DNA of 24,411 bases from Planctomycetota bacterium (GTDB lineage: Bacteria > Planctomycetota > SZUA-567 > H5-PLA8): assembly GCA_045863855.1 (NCBI GenBank), contig BTVV01000094.1, forward strand, positions 1-24,411, read 5' to 3'. A program made the translations under genes and the position numbers. Positions within the stretch are counted from its first letter, which is position 1. Every line of letters starts with the position of its first letter. This document shows, one piece after another, positions 1 through 8,340 of the stretch. A model generated the notes under the pieces. It was not told the origin of the DNA. It did no database searches and was given only the letters and a program-made list of their open reading frames with translations.

Positions 1-42
1 GGGCTGTAGGCGCTTGCCTGCCCGCTTAGCCCGCGGCCATAA

Positions 43-89
43 ACGACAACGCCCCATCCACTCCGGTCGATCGACCGGAGCACGGGGCG
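43..89 (-). terminator. Probable intrinsic terminator downstream of rpsU
   Basis: Perfect 20-bp palindrome CTCCGGTCGATCGACCGGAG (61-80) inside an outer CGCCCC/GGGGCG stem (50-55/84-89); on the minus strand it is followed by TTGTCGTTT; lies about 35 nt after the rpsU stop. Confidence 0.55.
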
Positions 90-125
90 GCTCGAATCTG
101 GATTAAGCGGAAACGGCAGCCGGCT

Positions 126-329
126 TTAAGGCGCGGGGCGGGCCTTGACCTTGGCCTTTTCCCGGCTCTTTTCGGCTTGGCGGACCTTGCGGCGCTTGCG
201 CTCGCTGGGCTTCTCGAAGTAGGCCGTGCGCTTCATGTCCTTCGTCAGGCCTTCCTTCTCGCACTGCTTCTTGAAACGGCGGAGCGTCTTATCGAGCGAC
301 TCGCCGGGACGGGATTCGACACGAATCAT
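126..329 (-). CDS. rpsU: 30S ribosomal protein S21
   Basis: MIRVESRPGESLDKTLRRFKKQCEKEGL...YFEKPSERKRRK has the S21 signatures (LRRFK, FEKPS..K.RK). ATG at 329 has GGGAGG upstream; the 22-aa extension in the ORF track is unlikely. Confidence 0.96.
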   Translation of the reverse strand: MIRVESRPGESLDKTLRRFKKQCEKEGLTKDMKRTAYFEKPSERKRRKVRQAEKSREKAKVKARPAP

Positions 330-516
330 ACCGGGTCTTGCGACCTCCCTACCTGCCACCCAAGCGGCTTGCGCCGCCTCAAAGCCCCAACGCACTACCT
401 GGCGTAAGGAAGCCGAAATGATAGGGGGGCCGACGGATCAATGCAAGCGTCTCTAAAGGCCGATTTAGCGCCGCTTCCGCCCGTTTTAACAGAGTTCAGG
501 GATCCATCCCGACTGG

Positions 517-1047
517 CTACCCCGCCAGCGCGCGGCGGAACTCCCGGGGCGAAAGGAATTGATGGCTGCGCTCGTCCAGCACCGTGACCCCCAGTTGCTC
601 GTAAATCTGGACGTACAGCCGGTAGAAGGTCCGTCCCGGCGCAACCGTCTCCGCGCGAATGGTCAGCACCTCGCCGGGCTTGGGCGGTCCCTGCTCGCTG
701 CGGACATTCAGGATCACGCCCTCGTCCACCTGCCAACGCAACCGCGTGACGGGCGAAGCCTCGGCGACTTCCCAAGGCTCACGCGGGATTTCGGCGATCC
801 GCGGAACCTCGAAGAGCCGCTCCTTGACCTCTTCGATCCGGCCCAGCGAATGGAGTTCGACCGGCAAAATGGTGTTGTCTTTGGGCGGGACGGGATCGGG
901 TTTCCAGAACGAAAAAACGTGTACCTGCGGCGCATCGCCTTCCCGAGAAGACTCGTGGTGGGATTCGTTCACAGTTGCGAACCTCCTTCGCGCTCTTGCG
1001 TTCCCCGAATCCTCCCTCGCCAAGAGTATACCATTTTCATCGGTCAT
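517..1047 (-). CDS. Hypothetical protein (up to 176 aa; true start uncertain)
   Basis: Protein-like composition in the C-terminal ~130 aa with GC3-biased codons; co-directional with rpsU; no family recognised. Confidence 0.65.
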   Translation of the reverse strand: MTDENGILLAREDSGNARARRRFATVNESHHESSREGDAPQVHVFSFWKPDPVPPKDNTILPVELHSLGRIEEVKERLFEVPRIAEIPREPWEVAEASPVTRLRWQVDEGVILNVRSEQGPPKPGEVLTIRAETVAPGRTFYRLYVQIYEQLGVTVLDERSHQFLSPREFRRALAG

Positions 1048-1178
1048 TTATTCAAATTCGAACATCTGCATTTCGCGATTGAACTCCCGAGGCTAACTGG
1101 AATTATGGGAGTACATGCACCGCGCCTAGAACCATTGACCACATTCAGCCGAGGCGCACTTGTGAGGACTTCTGAGCA

Positions 1179-3239
1179 ATGGCTTCAAAATCAAGCAGGT
1201 CCGCGCCCGCACGAGTGCGCTTTTCGAAGTGGGTTAACGCGGCCGAGGCGAGCGGATTTCCGCACTACGACGAGTTGGCCAAGCTGAATGCAGACTACGA
1301 AGCCGCCTACGAGCGGCTGCTGAGGCAGCGCCGGAACGAGCGCCAGACGCACGCGCGCGGGCCGGCCTCCGCATGGGCGCGGCATGCCGAGCATGTGCGA
1401 AACGAGTTGGCCGCCGCGCTTGGCCTAGCGCGCACCCGCCGATCGGAGCGGCCATCCGCCGCGGTATTCGAACACGCCGTGCCGCTGAGTCCGGCGGGCT
1501 TTACGGCCGGCGGAGCGGCTTGGCTCAAAGCGAGCACCTACGTTTTGCCGAACGCCGGATGGAACGGCACGGATCTGCGCCTGCTCGAGCTTCGCCCTCG
1601 CGATACGCAAAGCCCGCTGCCCGCCGTATTGGTGTTGCCCGATGCGGGGCTGTGCTTGAACGGCTGCGAGAGCCCCGCAGCCGCGGCGCGCGGGCTCTTC
1701 GGCGCGCTGGCCTCCGCAGGCACGACGGTCGGCATCCCGCGCTTGCCCAGTTTGGAAGCGTTCAGCGCGACACGCAACAAAGAGCGCCTGCTGGAAGGCG
1801 CTTGCGTACTGGGCGAAGCGCTCGCCGAGGTCTCGGCGGCGCTGGGCGCGCTGCGTGCGCGGCCGGGCATCGACGGCGCGCGCCTCTTCGTCGCGGGGCG
1901 CGGGCTGGGCGGGTTGCTGGCGCTGCTGTTGGGGGCGCTGGACGAACGCGTGGCCGGTGTGCTGGCCGAGGCGCCGCTGGCGTGGGGCGACGCGATCGAA
2001 CCCGTGGCGCTGGCCGTTCCAGGCGCGCACCGCATCACCGATCTTCCGGAGGTCTGCGCGCTGCTCGCGCCGCGGCCGCTCCTGCTGCTGGAAGGCACGC
2101 CGGGCACGCCTCAGGATCCGGTCCGCGCCGACCTGCGCGCGCTGCTGCGCGCGGCACGGCCGGTTTACGCGAAAACCCGCGCGGCGCTGAAGCAGTTACC
2201 GGCCGGAGCGACCGCGCAAGCCATCGCATGGCTGCAACGCCAGTGCGCAGTCGCTTCGCCCAAGGCTTCGAAGACCCCCGTGCACGTCTCCAAGGCCGCG
2301 AAGTCCTACCGCGCATTCGCGATCCCGTCGTATCGTACGGGCGCGGCGTGGCGCCAGGATGCATCCAAGCTGCGCCGCCGCTACCGCGCGCAGATCGGAC
2401 TGCCGCCGGTCAGTAAACCGCTCGGCATCCGCCAAGTCGGCGAAACTGCGCTGCCGGACGCCACGCGCTTCGAATACCTGATCCGCACCGGGCCGCAAAC
2501 CGGCGCCAATCTGACCTTTCTGCGCCCGCACGGCACCCCGCGGCGGCGTGCGACGATCCTGTGCCTGCCGGGTTCGGGCAGCGACGTCAAAAAGGTCGAA
2601 GGCCAATACGCGCACGAGGTCGTGGCCGAAGGCTGGAACGCCGCGATCGTCGACGCACGGGCGGCGTTGTACCCCTTCTGCCCGGGCATCTCCGAAGGGC
2701 GCGCGATCATCGCGCAGTCGATGCACGACTTGATCTGCGCGTTGGACGCGGTCGCCGCGCGTGAGGATGTCGATCCCGAGCGCATCGGCACGATGGGCGT
2801 GAGCCAAGGCGGGACGCACAGTTGGATGCTGGCAGCGCTCGACGAGCGCATCGCCGCCAGCGCCCCGGTCTGCGGAGTCTGCACCTACGCCAGCCTGAGC
2901 CGCAACGTCCGCGACGAACGCTACGACTCGGCTTGGCTGAGTTTTCTCGACAGCCACGGGATTTATTACTACACGCCCGGCGTGCTGGAACTGGGCGACC
3001 AGCAAGATTTGTGCGGGTTGATCGCGCCACGCCCGTTCGCTCTTATCGGCGCCGACAAAGACAACTGCTTCCCGCTTGACGGCATGCGCGAAGCGGCGGC
3101 GGACCTCAAACGACTGTACAAGCTGCTGGGCGCGGGAGCCAATTTCCGCTACGTGGAGTTCGACGGCCCGCACAGCATGCCCGAGCATTCGCGCAAGACC
3201 GCCTACGCGTTTTTCCGCCGCCACTTCGGGTCGAAGTAG
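1179..3239 (+). CDS. Tandem two-domain alpha/beta hydrolase (dienelactone hydrolase / acetyl xylan esterase-like)
   Basis: The C-terminal domain has DVDPERIGTMGVSQGG (nucleophile elbow), GADKDNCFP (Asp) and GPHS (His). The N-terminal domain repeats the fold (GIDGARLFVAGRGLGG...LLAPRPLLLL) but has no Ser at the elbow. Confidence 0.85.
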   Translation: MASKSSRSAPARVRFSKWVNAAEASGFPHYDELAKLNADYEAAYERLLRQRRNERQTHARGPASAWARHAEHVRNELAAALGLARTRRSERPSAAVFEHAVPLSPAGFTAGGAAWLKASTYVLPNAGWNGTDLRLLELRPRDTQSPLPAVLVLPDAGLCLNGCESPAAAARGLFGALASAGTTVGIPRLPSLEAFSATRNKERLLEGACVLGEALAEVSAALGALRARPGIDGARLFVAGRGLGGLLALLLGALDERVAGVLAEAPLAWGDAIEPVALAVPGAHRITDLPEVCALLAPRPLLLLEGTPGTPQDPVRADLRALLRAARPVYAKTRAALKQLPAGATAQAIAWLQRQCAVASPKASKTPVHVSKAAKSYRAFAIPSYRTGAAWRQDASKLRRRYRAQIGLPPVSKPLGIRQVGETALPDATRFEYLIRTGPQTGANLTFLRPHGTPRRRATILCLPGSGSDVKKVEGQYAHEVVAEGWNAAIVDARAALYPFCPGISEGRAIIAQSMHDLICALDAVAAREDVDPERIGTMGVSQGGTHSWMLAALDERIAASAPVCGVCTYASLSRNVRDERYDSAWLSFLDSHGIYYYTPGVLELGDQQDLCGLIAPRPFALIGADKDNCFPLDGMREAAADLKRLYKLLGAGANFRYVEFDGPHSMPEHSRKTAYAFFRRHFGSK

Positions 3240-3253
3240 CGGCTCGGAAAACC

Positions 3254-4369
3254 TTACGCTTTGAAATAACTTTTCGGGTAGGGCGCGACCAGCGGCTCGT
3301 CGTCGCGAATCGCCATCACGTATGCCGCCGTCCCGGGATAGTAAACGATCCCATGGCTGCGCCCGACGATCCAGCCGTCGTACTCGCTCTTCAAGATGCG
3401 CGGCTTGAGCGGGCGGCCCCAGATGTCGCGCAGCAGCACCAGCGGTTCCCCCTTTTTCACGCGCTCGCCGGGTTCTTTCAGATGCGTCACCACGGCCGGA
3501 CCGTCGACGCGCGCGACGCTGCGCCGCCGGCAGGGAAAGCCGGGGTCGATCGCCGGGATGCCGCGAATCGCTTCGCGCGGGCCGCTTAAAGCACCCAGCC
3601 AGCGCAGGATATTCCGGATGCCGGCCTGCGCCGCGCGCTTGATCGCGGGGTCGGGCATCTCGCCGCCGCCCAATTCCATCGTCAGCGCAGGGATGCGCGC
3701 CGTGTTCAGAGCCGCACCGGAAGTGCTGCGCTGAAGTTTCTCGCCAAGGTACTTCTTCGCGGGGTACTCGTTGACCACCGCGTGCCCGTAAGCGGCGCAC
3801 ATCTCGCCCAGGCGGGCGCTGAGCCGTTCGGCGCCGGCTTTGCTCCAGGCGCCTTTGCCGTCCTTGCGGTACAGCACGCGGTCGCGGAAGACGAACGAGA
3901 CCGAACCGATCCAGGCGTTATGCAGATCGACCAGCGCATCGGCGCCGCCGCGGATCTCCTCGAAGAGCCGCGCGAAGGCGTGCTCCAGCGCCGAAGACGG
4001 CGGCCGGTCCAAGTCGGGCTTCGGCACGGGCTGCCCGCTGGGCCAGAGCCGGTTCGGATCGCCGCCGGGGTAATACGCGGCGCGCGCGGTGACGCGTAAG
4101 CCGGCCGGGTTGAGCGCCGGCAGCACGCAAAGCGTGCCGCGCAATTCGCGCAGCAGCGCCGGTGTAAGCAGTTCGTGGAGCACCTGCAGCCCGCTGTGCT
4201 CGTTGCCGTGAATCCCGGCCGTCAGCCAGCAGCACGGGCCGTCTTTGCGCCCGCGCGCAAGCACCACCGGGATCGTCTCGGTCCCGCCGGTGGGATGCTC
4301 GATCAGCGGATAAGCGCCGTAGACGACCTTGCCGGAGCGGGCACGTGCGGTACCGAGTGTAAAGGGCAT
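3254..4369 (-). CDS. Succinylglutamate desuccinylase / aspartoacylase-family (M14-like) deacylase
   Basis: AGIHGNE (HxxE zinc ligands), DPNRLWP, DLHN, TMELGG, and a C-terminal barrel-sandwich-like segment (PGERVKKGEPL). Confidence 0.9.
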   Translation of the reverse strand: MPFTLGTARARSGKVVYGAYPLIEHPTGGTETIPVVLARGRKDGPCCWLTAGIHGNEHSGLQVLHELLTPALLRELRGTLCVLPALNPAGLRVTARAAYYPGGDPNRLWPSGQPVPKPDLDRPPSSALEHAFARLFEEIRGGADALVDLHNAWIGSVSFVFRDRVLYRKDGKGAWSKAGAERLSARLGEMCAAYGHAVVNEYPAKKYLGEKLQRSTSGAALNTARIPALTMELGGGEMPDPAIKRAAQAGIRNILRWLGALSGPREAIRGIPAIDPGFPCRRRSVARVDGPAVVTHLKEPGERVKKGEPLVLLRDIWGRPLKPRILKSEYDGWIVGRSHGIVYYPGTAAYVMAIRDDEPLVAPYPKSYFKA

Positions 4370-4395
4370 GGTAAATTCCTTGCGTTTTCCGGCGC

Positions 4396-5481
4396 TTAAA
4401 TCAGTTCCAGCGGGAAGGTGGTCAGCCGCTCGACGCCGTTGGCCGTCACTAAATAATTCTGCTCCAGGCGGATGCCGGCCTTCAATTCGGGCGTGTAGAC
4501 GCCGGGTTCGACGGTGATCACGTCGCCGGGCTCAAGCACGCTTTCGTACTGCGGATTCAACTGCGGCGCTTCGTGCGCCTGCAATCCGATCCCGTGCCCC
4601 AGATGATGCACGAGCCCGTTGTAACCTGCTTCGGTGAGAAACCGGGCCGCGGCGGCGTAGAGCGCCTGGCCGGTAATGCCGGGCTTGGCCAGGGACTCGA
4701 TGTGGTCGAGGCAGGCGATCACGGTGCGGCAGGCTTTGTGCTGCGCGGTCGTGCCCTCGCCGTCGACGGCAAAGGTCCGGCAACTGTCGGCGAAGTAACC
4801 GCCGACGCTGGGCCCGGCGTCGCAGATGTAGAGTTCGCCTTCCAGCATCGGACGGCGGCGTGGCGCGCCGGCCATGGAATTGGATTGAAAATCGTTCCCG
4901 AAATGCTCCAGGTCGCCGCCCGCCGCGCAGGTGGCGATGGCGCGCAATTCGCCGAAGAGTTCCAATTCGTCCAGGCCCGGTTTGACCGCCGACTTCGTGT
5001 ACGCGTATATCGTCTGGCACAGATCGATGCCCTTGCGCAGCAGCGCCAGTTCGTCGGGATCCTTCTTCTTGCGCAGCCGCAAAATCTCGCTTGTCAGGTC
5101 CACGGCGTCCGGACCGGCAAGCCGCGCGAGCGCGCCAGGGCCTTCGAGATCGACTCCCAGCTTCGCGCCGGACGGAATCGAGGGCGCCAGCTTCGCCGCG
5201 GACTGCCGGGCCTGGTCGGAAATGGTGGTGAAGAACTTCAGCGCGGGATAGGGCACGATCTCGTCGGCGGCCACATTGGAAAGGCCTTCGGCGCCGGCAA
5301 CCAAGGTGAGTTTGCCGCGCTTGTCGAGAAAAGCGGCGGGCGCATGGGCGGCATGCGAACGGTGCGCGGTGAAATACTGGACGTGGCTGCGGTGCGTGAT
5401 CAGCGCGCCGGCCAGGCCCAGGCGATCGAGGGCTTCCACGAGCCTGCGCTGGCGGGCGCGGCAGCCTTCCACGGTCAACAT
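4396..5481 (-). CDS. Xaa-Pro aminopeptidase family (M24B) peptidase
   Basis: Metal ligands present in CDAG, YFADSCRT, HHLGHGIG..AHE, TVEPGVY and GIRLEQ; N-terminal creatinase-like domain; ATG at 5481 preceded by AGGGAGG. Confidence 0.9.
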   Translation of the reverse strand: MLTVEGCRARQRRLVEALDRLGLAGALITHRSHVQYFTAHRSHAAHAPAAFLDKRGKLTLVAGAEGLSNVAADEIVPYPALKFFTTISDQARQSAAKLAPSIPSGAKLGVDLEGPGALARLAGPDAVDLTSEILRLRKKKDPDELALLRKGIDLCQTIYAYTKSAVKPGLDELELFGELRAIATCAAGGDLEHFGNDFQSNSMAGAPRRRPMLEGELYICDAGPSVGGYFADSCRTFAVDGEGTTAQHKACRTVIACLDHIESLAKPGITGQALYAAAARFLTEAGYNGLVHHLGHGIGLQAHEAPQLNPQYESVLEPGDVITVEPGVYTPELKAGIRLEQNYLVTANGVERLTTFPLELI

Positions 5482-5549
5482 GGTCGTTTCCTCCCTGCGC
5501 GGGCGCGTGCCGTCGAGCCTACGCAAGGCGCGCAGTGGGGCAACTGCGA

Positions 5550-5579
5550 TTGCGCTGGGGCGGGCGCTGGCGCGATACT
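5550..5579 (+). promoter_or_regulatory. Candidate sigma70-type promoter giving a leaderless queG mRNA
   Basis: TTGCGC-N18-GATACT, with the -10 box 6 nt before ATG 5586 and no Shine-Dalgarno sequence. Confidence 0.35.
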
Positions 5580-5585
5580 GCGCGC

Positions 5586-6644
5586 ATGAACGTAGCGGAT
5601 GCGATCAAGGCACTGGCCGCCGAGCACGGTTTCGCGCTGCATGGATTGGCCGCGGTTCCGCCCGGCGGGCAGGCGCCGCAGGCCGAATTCCTCGCCGCGT
5701 GGCTGGCCGATGGCCGGCACGGTCCGCTGCACTACGTCGCGCAAAGCGCCGCGGCGCGCGGCAACGTGCACACGCGTTTCCCGTGGGCGCGCAGCGTGCT
5801 GTGCGTCGGCGCGTACTACGGCGGCGAACCGCGCGGCCAATGGGGCCGGGACTTCATCGCGCATGTCGCCCGCTATGCGCATGGACGCGACTATCATTTG
5901 GTCTTCGAGAAGCGGTTGAAAAGCCTCTCGCGCGCGCTGCTCGACGCCGGACACGCCACCCAAGCGCGGTATTACGTCGACGCCGGACCCGTGCTGGAAC
6001 GCGCGTGGGCGCAGGCCGCGGGCTTGGGCTGGGTGGGCAAGAACGCTTGCTTGATCCACCCGCGGCACGGGAGCTTCCTGGTGCTGGGCGAGATCCTGCT
6101 CGACCACGCACTGCCCCCCGATGCCCCCGCGACCGACCGTTGCGGCACCTGCACGCGCTGCCTGGAGGCGTGTCCCACGCAAGCCTTCACCGCGCCGGGG
6201 CAACTCGACGCGCGGCGCTGCATCGTAACCTGGAATCTGGAGCAGAAGGGCTTGGTGCCGGAAGCGCAGTGGACCGAGCACCACGGCTGGGCGGCGGGCT
6301 GCGATGTCTGCCAGACCGTCTGCCCCTACAACGCACCCACGCGCGGACCGCAACCCGATCCCGAACTCGCCGCGCCGCGGCCGTGGCACGGCCTGAGCCT
6401 CGCCGAAGCCATCGGGCTCTCCAAGGCCGATTTCGACCGCCTCTTCGAAGCCAGCGCGCTGCGCCGCACCGGCTGGAAGGGGCTGCGCCTCGGCGCTCTC
6501 ACCGCAGCGGGAGAAGTCCGGCAGAAAGCCCTGCGCCCGGCGCTGGAAGCGTGCCTCAGCGACGCGGATGCCGATATTCGCGCGCGAGCGGCGTGGGCGT
6601 TGAGCCGCCTTGAGGCGGCGAAGCCGGAACCTGAAGGGCGCTAA
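5586..6644 (+). CDS. queG: tRNA epoxyqueuosine(34) reductase QueG
   Basis: ARYAHGRDYH, VDAGPVLERAWA..AGLGWVGKN, the two 4Fe-4S motifs CGTCTRCLEACPT...RRC and GCDVCQTVCPYN, and a C-terminal HEAT-like RARAAWAL. Confidence 0.95.
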   Translation: MNVADAIKALAAEHGFALHGLAAVPPGGQAPQAEFLAAWLADGRHGPLHYVAQSAAARGNVHTRFPWARSVLCVGAYYGGEPRGQWGRDFIAHVARYAHGRDYHLVFEKRLKSLSRALLDAGHATQARYYVDAGPVLERAWAQAAGLGWVGKNACLIHPRHGSFLVLGEILLDHALPPDAPATDRCGTCTRCLEACPTQAFTAPGQLDARRCIVTWNLEQKGLVPEAQWTEHHGWAAGCDVCQTVCPYNAPTRGPQPDPELAAPRPWHGLSLAEAIGLSKADFDRLFEASALRRTGWKGLRLGALTAAGEVRQKALRPALEACLSDADADIRARAAWALSRLEAAKPEPEGR

Positions 6645-6703
6645 GCAACGGAATTCGAGCCGACTGCCGGGCGCAAGCCAACAAGCAGCGGGGGGACCGG
6701 CCG

Positions 6704-8146
6704 CTACGGGTTGGCGCCCTGTCCGCCGTCGGGATCGTAGTTTTCGTCGGTGGGCGCGGGGGCCGCAGTCTTGGCTTCTGCGTCAGGCGACTTCTGCGCG
6801 GGGGCTGGCGCCGGGGCGGGCGAACTCTTCTCGCGGGAGATGCGCTGCTCGACGCGGAAAATATCGTCGTTGATCTGGAGCAGGAACTGGTTGAGCTGCG
6901 CGGCCTCCCCTTCCCAGCCCGCGAACTCGGGACCGCTGAACTTTTCTTCCGAGCGCATGCTGTCGATGCGGCTGCTTCCGGTTTCGCATTCGGCCACGGC
7001 AAGCTTGTACTGTTCGACGGCCTTGGCCAGATCGCCGGCATCCTCGGCCTTCTTGCCTTCGGCATAGAATCCCTGGGCACGGGGCTTGAACTGCTTGAGT
7101 TCGCCGGTCATGTTGCGTTCGATCACACGGTCGGCCGGAGGCTCGTTGCCGGTCGTCAGCAGGTAAACGCCCATGCCGACGCAGCCGAGCAGTAGAAGCA
7201 CGCACACGGCGATGGCGACCATCTTGATGGAGTCGCCTTTCTTGGGCGCAGCGGCAGGCTTGCGCCGGGAGCCCGCGGGAGCCGCACCGCGCCGAGTGGC
7301 CGCGGCTTCGCGCCGCGAAGATGAAGTACCGGGGGCTTTCTCCGCATCATCCCCCGGCGCAGCGTCCTTCTTGGCCGCGGGTGCGGACTTGACCGTCGGC
7401 TTGTCTTTTTCCGAATCGTCTTTCTTGGCGCTCGCCGCCATACCGGCACGGGACGGGCGAGCGGAGGGCGCGACGGCCTTCCCCTTTGCGGCCGACGCCG
7501 CGGCGGCAGCAGTGCCGGCTGCAGCGGCGGCGGCGGCCGCGGGGGCGGCCGTGCTCTTATCGCTGCCCTTGGCCGACGAGCCGGCTTTCGCCGGCTTGGC
7601 CGCGGGCTTCTTTTTGTCCGCTTGAGCTAACTCTTCGTCCTCGGCTTCATCGTCATCTTCATCTTCGTCGTCATCGTCGTCGTCATCGTCATCGTCGTCT
7701 TCATCGAGGTCATCGTCGTCGAGATCGTCGTCGTCCAACTCCTCGTCGTCGAAGTCTTCGTCCTCCAGCTCTTCTTCGTCGAGTTCTTCCTCTTCGAGCG
7801 CTTCCTCGTCGATTTCCTCTTCTTCCCAGTCTTCGTCGTCTTCTTCTTCGTCCTCGTCGCCGGCGGCCTTCTTTTTCTTCTTCTTGCCGGCTGCTACTTC
7901 ATCTTCGTCCTCATCCTCGACTTCTTCGTCCTCGTCTTCCTCTTCATCCTCGTCGTCTTCTTCGTCTTCATCCTCGTCTTCGTCCCACTCGTCTTCGTCT
8001 TCTTCCTCTTCTTCCTCTTCTTCCTCGTCCTCATCCTTACCCTTGCCGCGCTTGCGCCCGAGGCTTTCTTCTTCGCGCTTACGAGGTTGGGCAGGACCGG
8101 TGCCCGAGGATCCCGCCTCTCGGGACGGCTTCTTGGGCAATGCCAT
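6704..8146 (-). CDS. Hypothetical single-pass membrane protein with a very long Asp/Glu tract, Ala/Lys/Pro linker and helical (TPR-like) C-terminal domain
   Basis: ATG preceded by AAGGAGG; ~130-residue D/E tract; one hydrophobic helix (MVAIAVCVLLLLGCVGMGVYLL); YAEGKKAEDAGDLAKAVEQYKLA is TPR-like. Confidence 0.85.
   Translation of the reverse strand: MALPKKPSREAGSSGTGPAQPRKREEESLGRKRGKGKDEDEEEEEEEEEDEDEWDEDEDEDEEDDEDEEEDEDEEVEDEDEDEVAAGKKKKKKAAGDEDEEEDDEDWEEEEIDEEALEEEELDEEELEDEDFDDEELDDDDLDDDDLDEDDDDDDDDDDDEDEDDDEAEDEELAQADKKKPAAKPAKAGSSAKGSDKSTAAPAAAAAAAAGTAAAAASAAKGKAVAPSARPSRAGMAASAKKDDSEKDKPTVKSAPAAKKDAAPGDDAEKAPGTSSSRREAAATRRGAAPAGSRRKPAAAPKKGDSIKMVAIAVCVLLLLGCVGMGVYLLTTGNEPPADRVIERNMTGELKQFKPRAQGFYAEGKKAEDAGDLAKAVEQYKLAVAECETGSSRIDSMRSEEKFSGPEFAGWEGEAAQLNQFLLQINDDIFRVEQRISREKSSPAPAPAPAQKSPDAEAKTAAPAPTDENYDPDGGQGANP
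7630..8035. repeat. Low-complexity TTC/CTC/GTC/ATC trinucleotide tract encoding the poly-Asp/Glu region
   Basis: About 400 bp of in-frame GAA/GAG/GAC/GAT codons on the minus strand, interrupted by a poly-Lys patch. Confidence 0.9.
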
Positions 8147-8340
8147 GGCTAATGAGACCTCCTTATGAATTGAACGCCACCGGATCGAGTAATCCCTGGT
8201 CGGTGCGTGGGTTTCCTTATGTGGCTTGCGGTTGGTACTTAATGTGACGGCGGCAGTGCCGTCAAGGACATTATGTAAATCTGCTCAAAACCCGTCCCGG
8301 CCCCGACGGGTAATCTCATAACATATTATAAAACCAAGAC

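Noticed and set aside
38..110. AAACGACAAC resembling a tmRNA tag start (ANDN)
   Set aside because: No GCA resume codon context, no ...LAA-stop tag end and no tRNA-like termini; better explained as the U-rich tail of the rpsU terminator.
7486..8247. Poly-Ser and Arg/His/Leu-rich plus-strand ORFs
   Set aside because: These are antisense readings of the poly-Asp/Glu tract; the minus-strand ORF has the SD, TM helix and folded domain.
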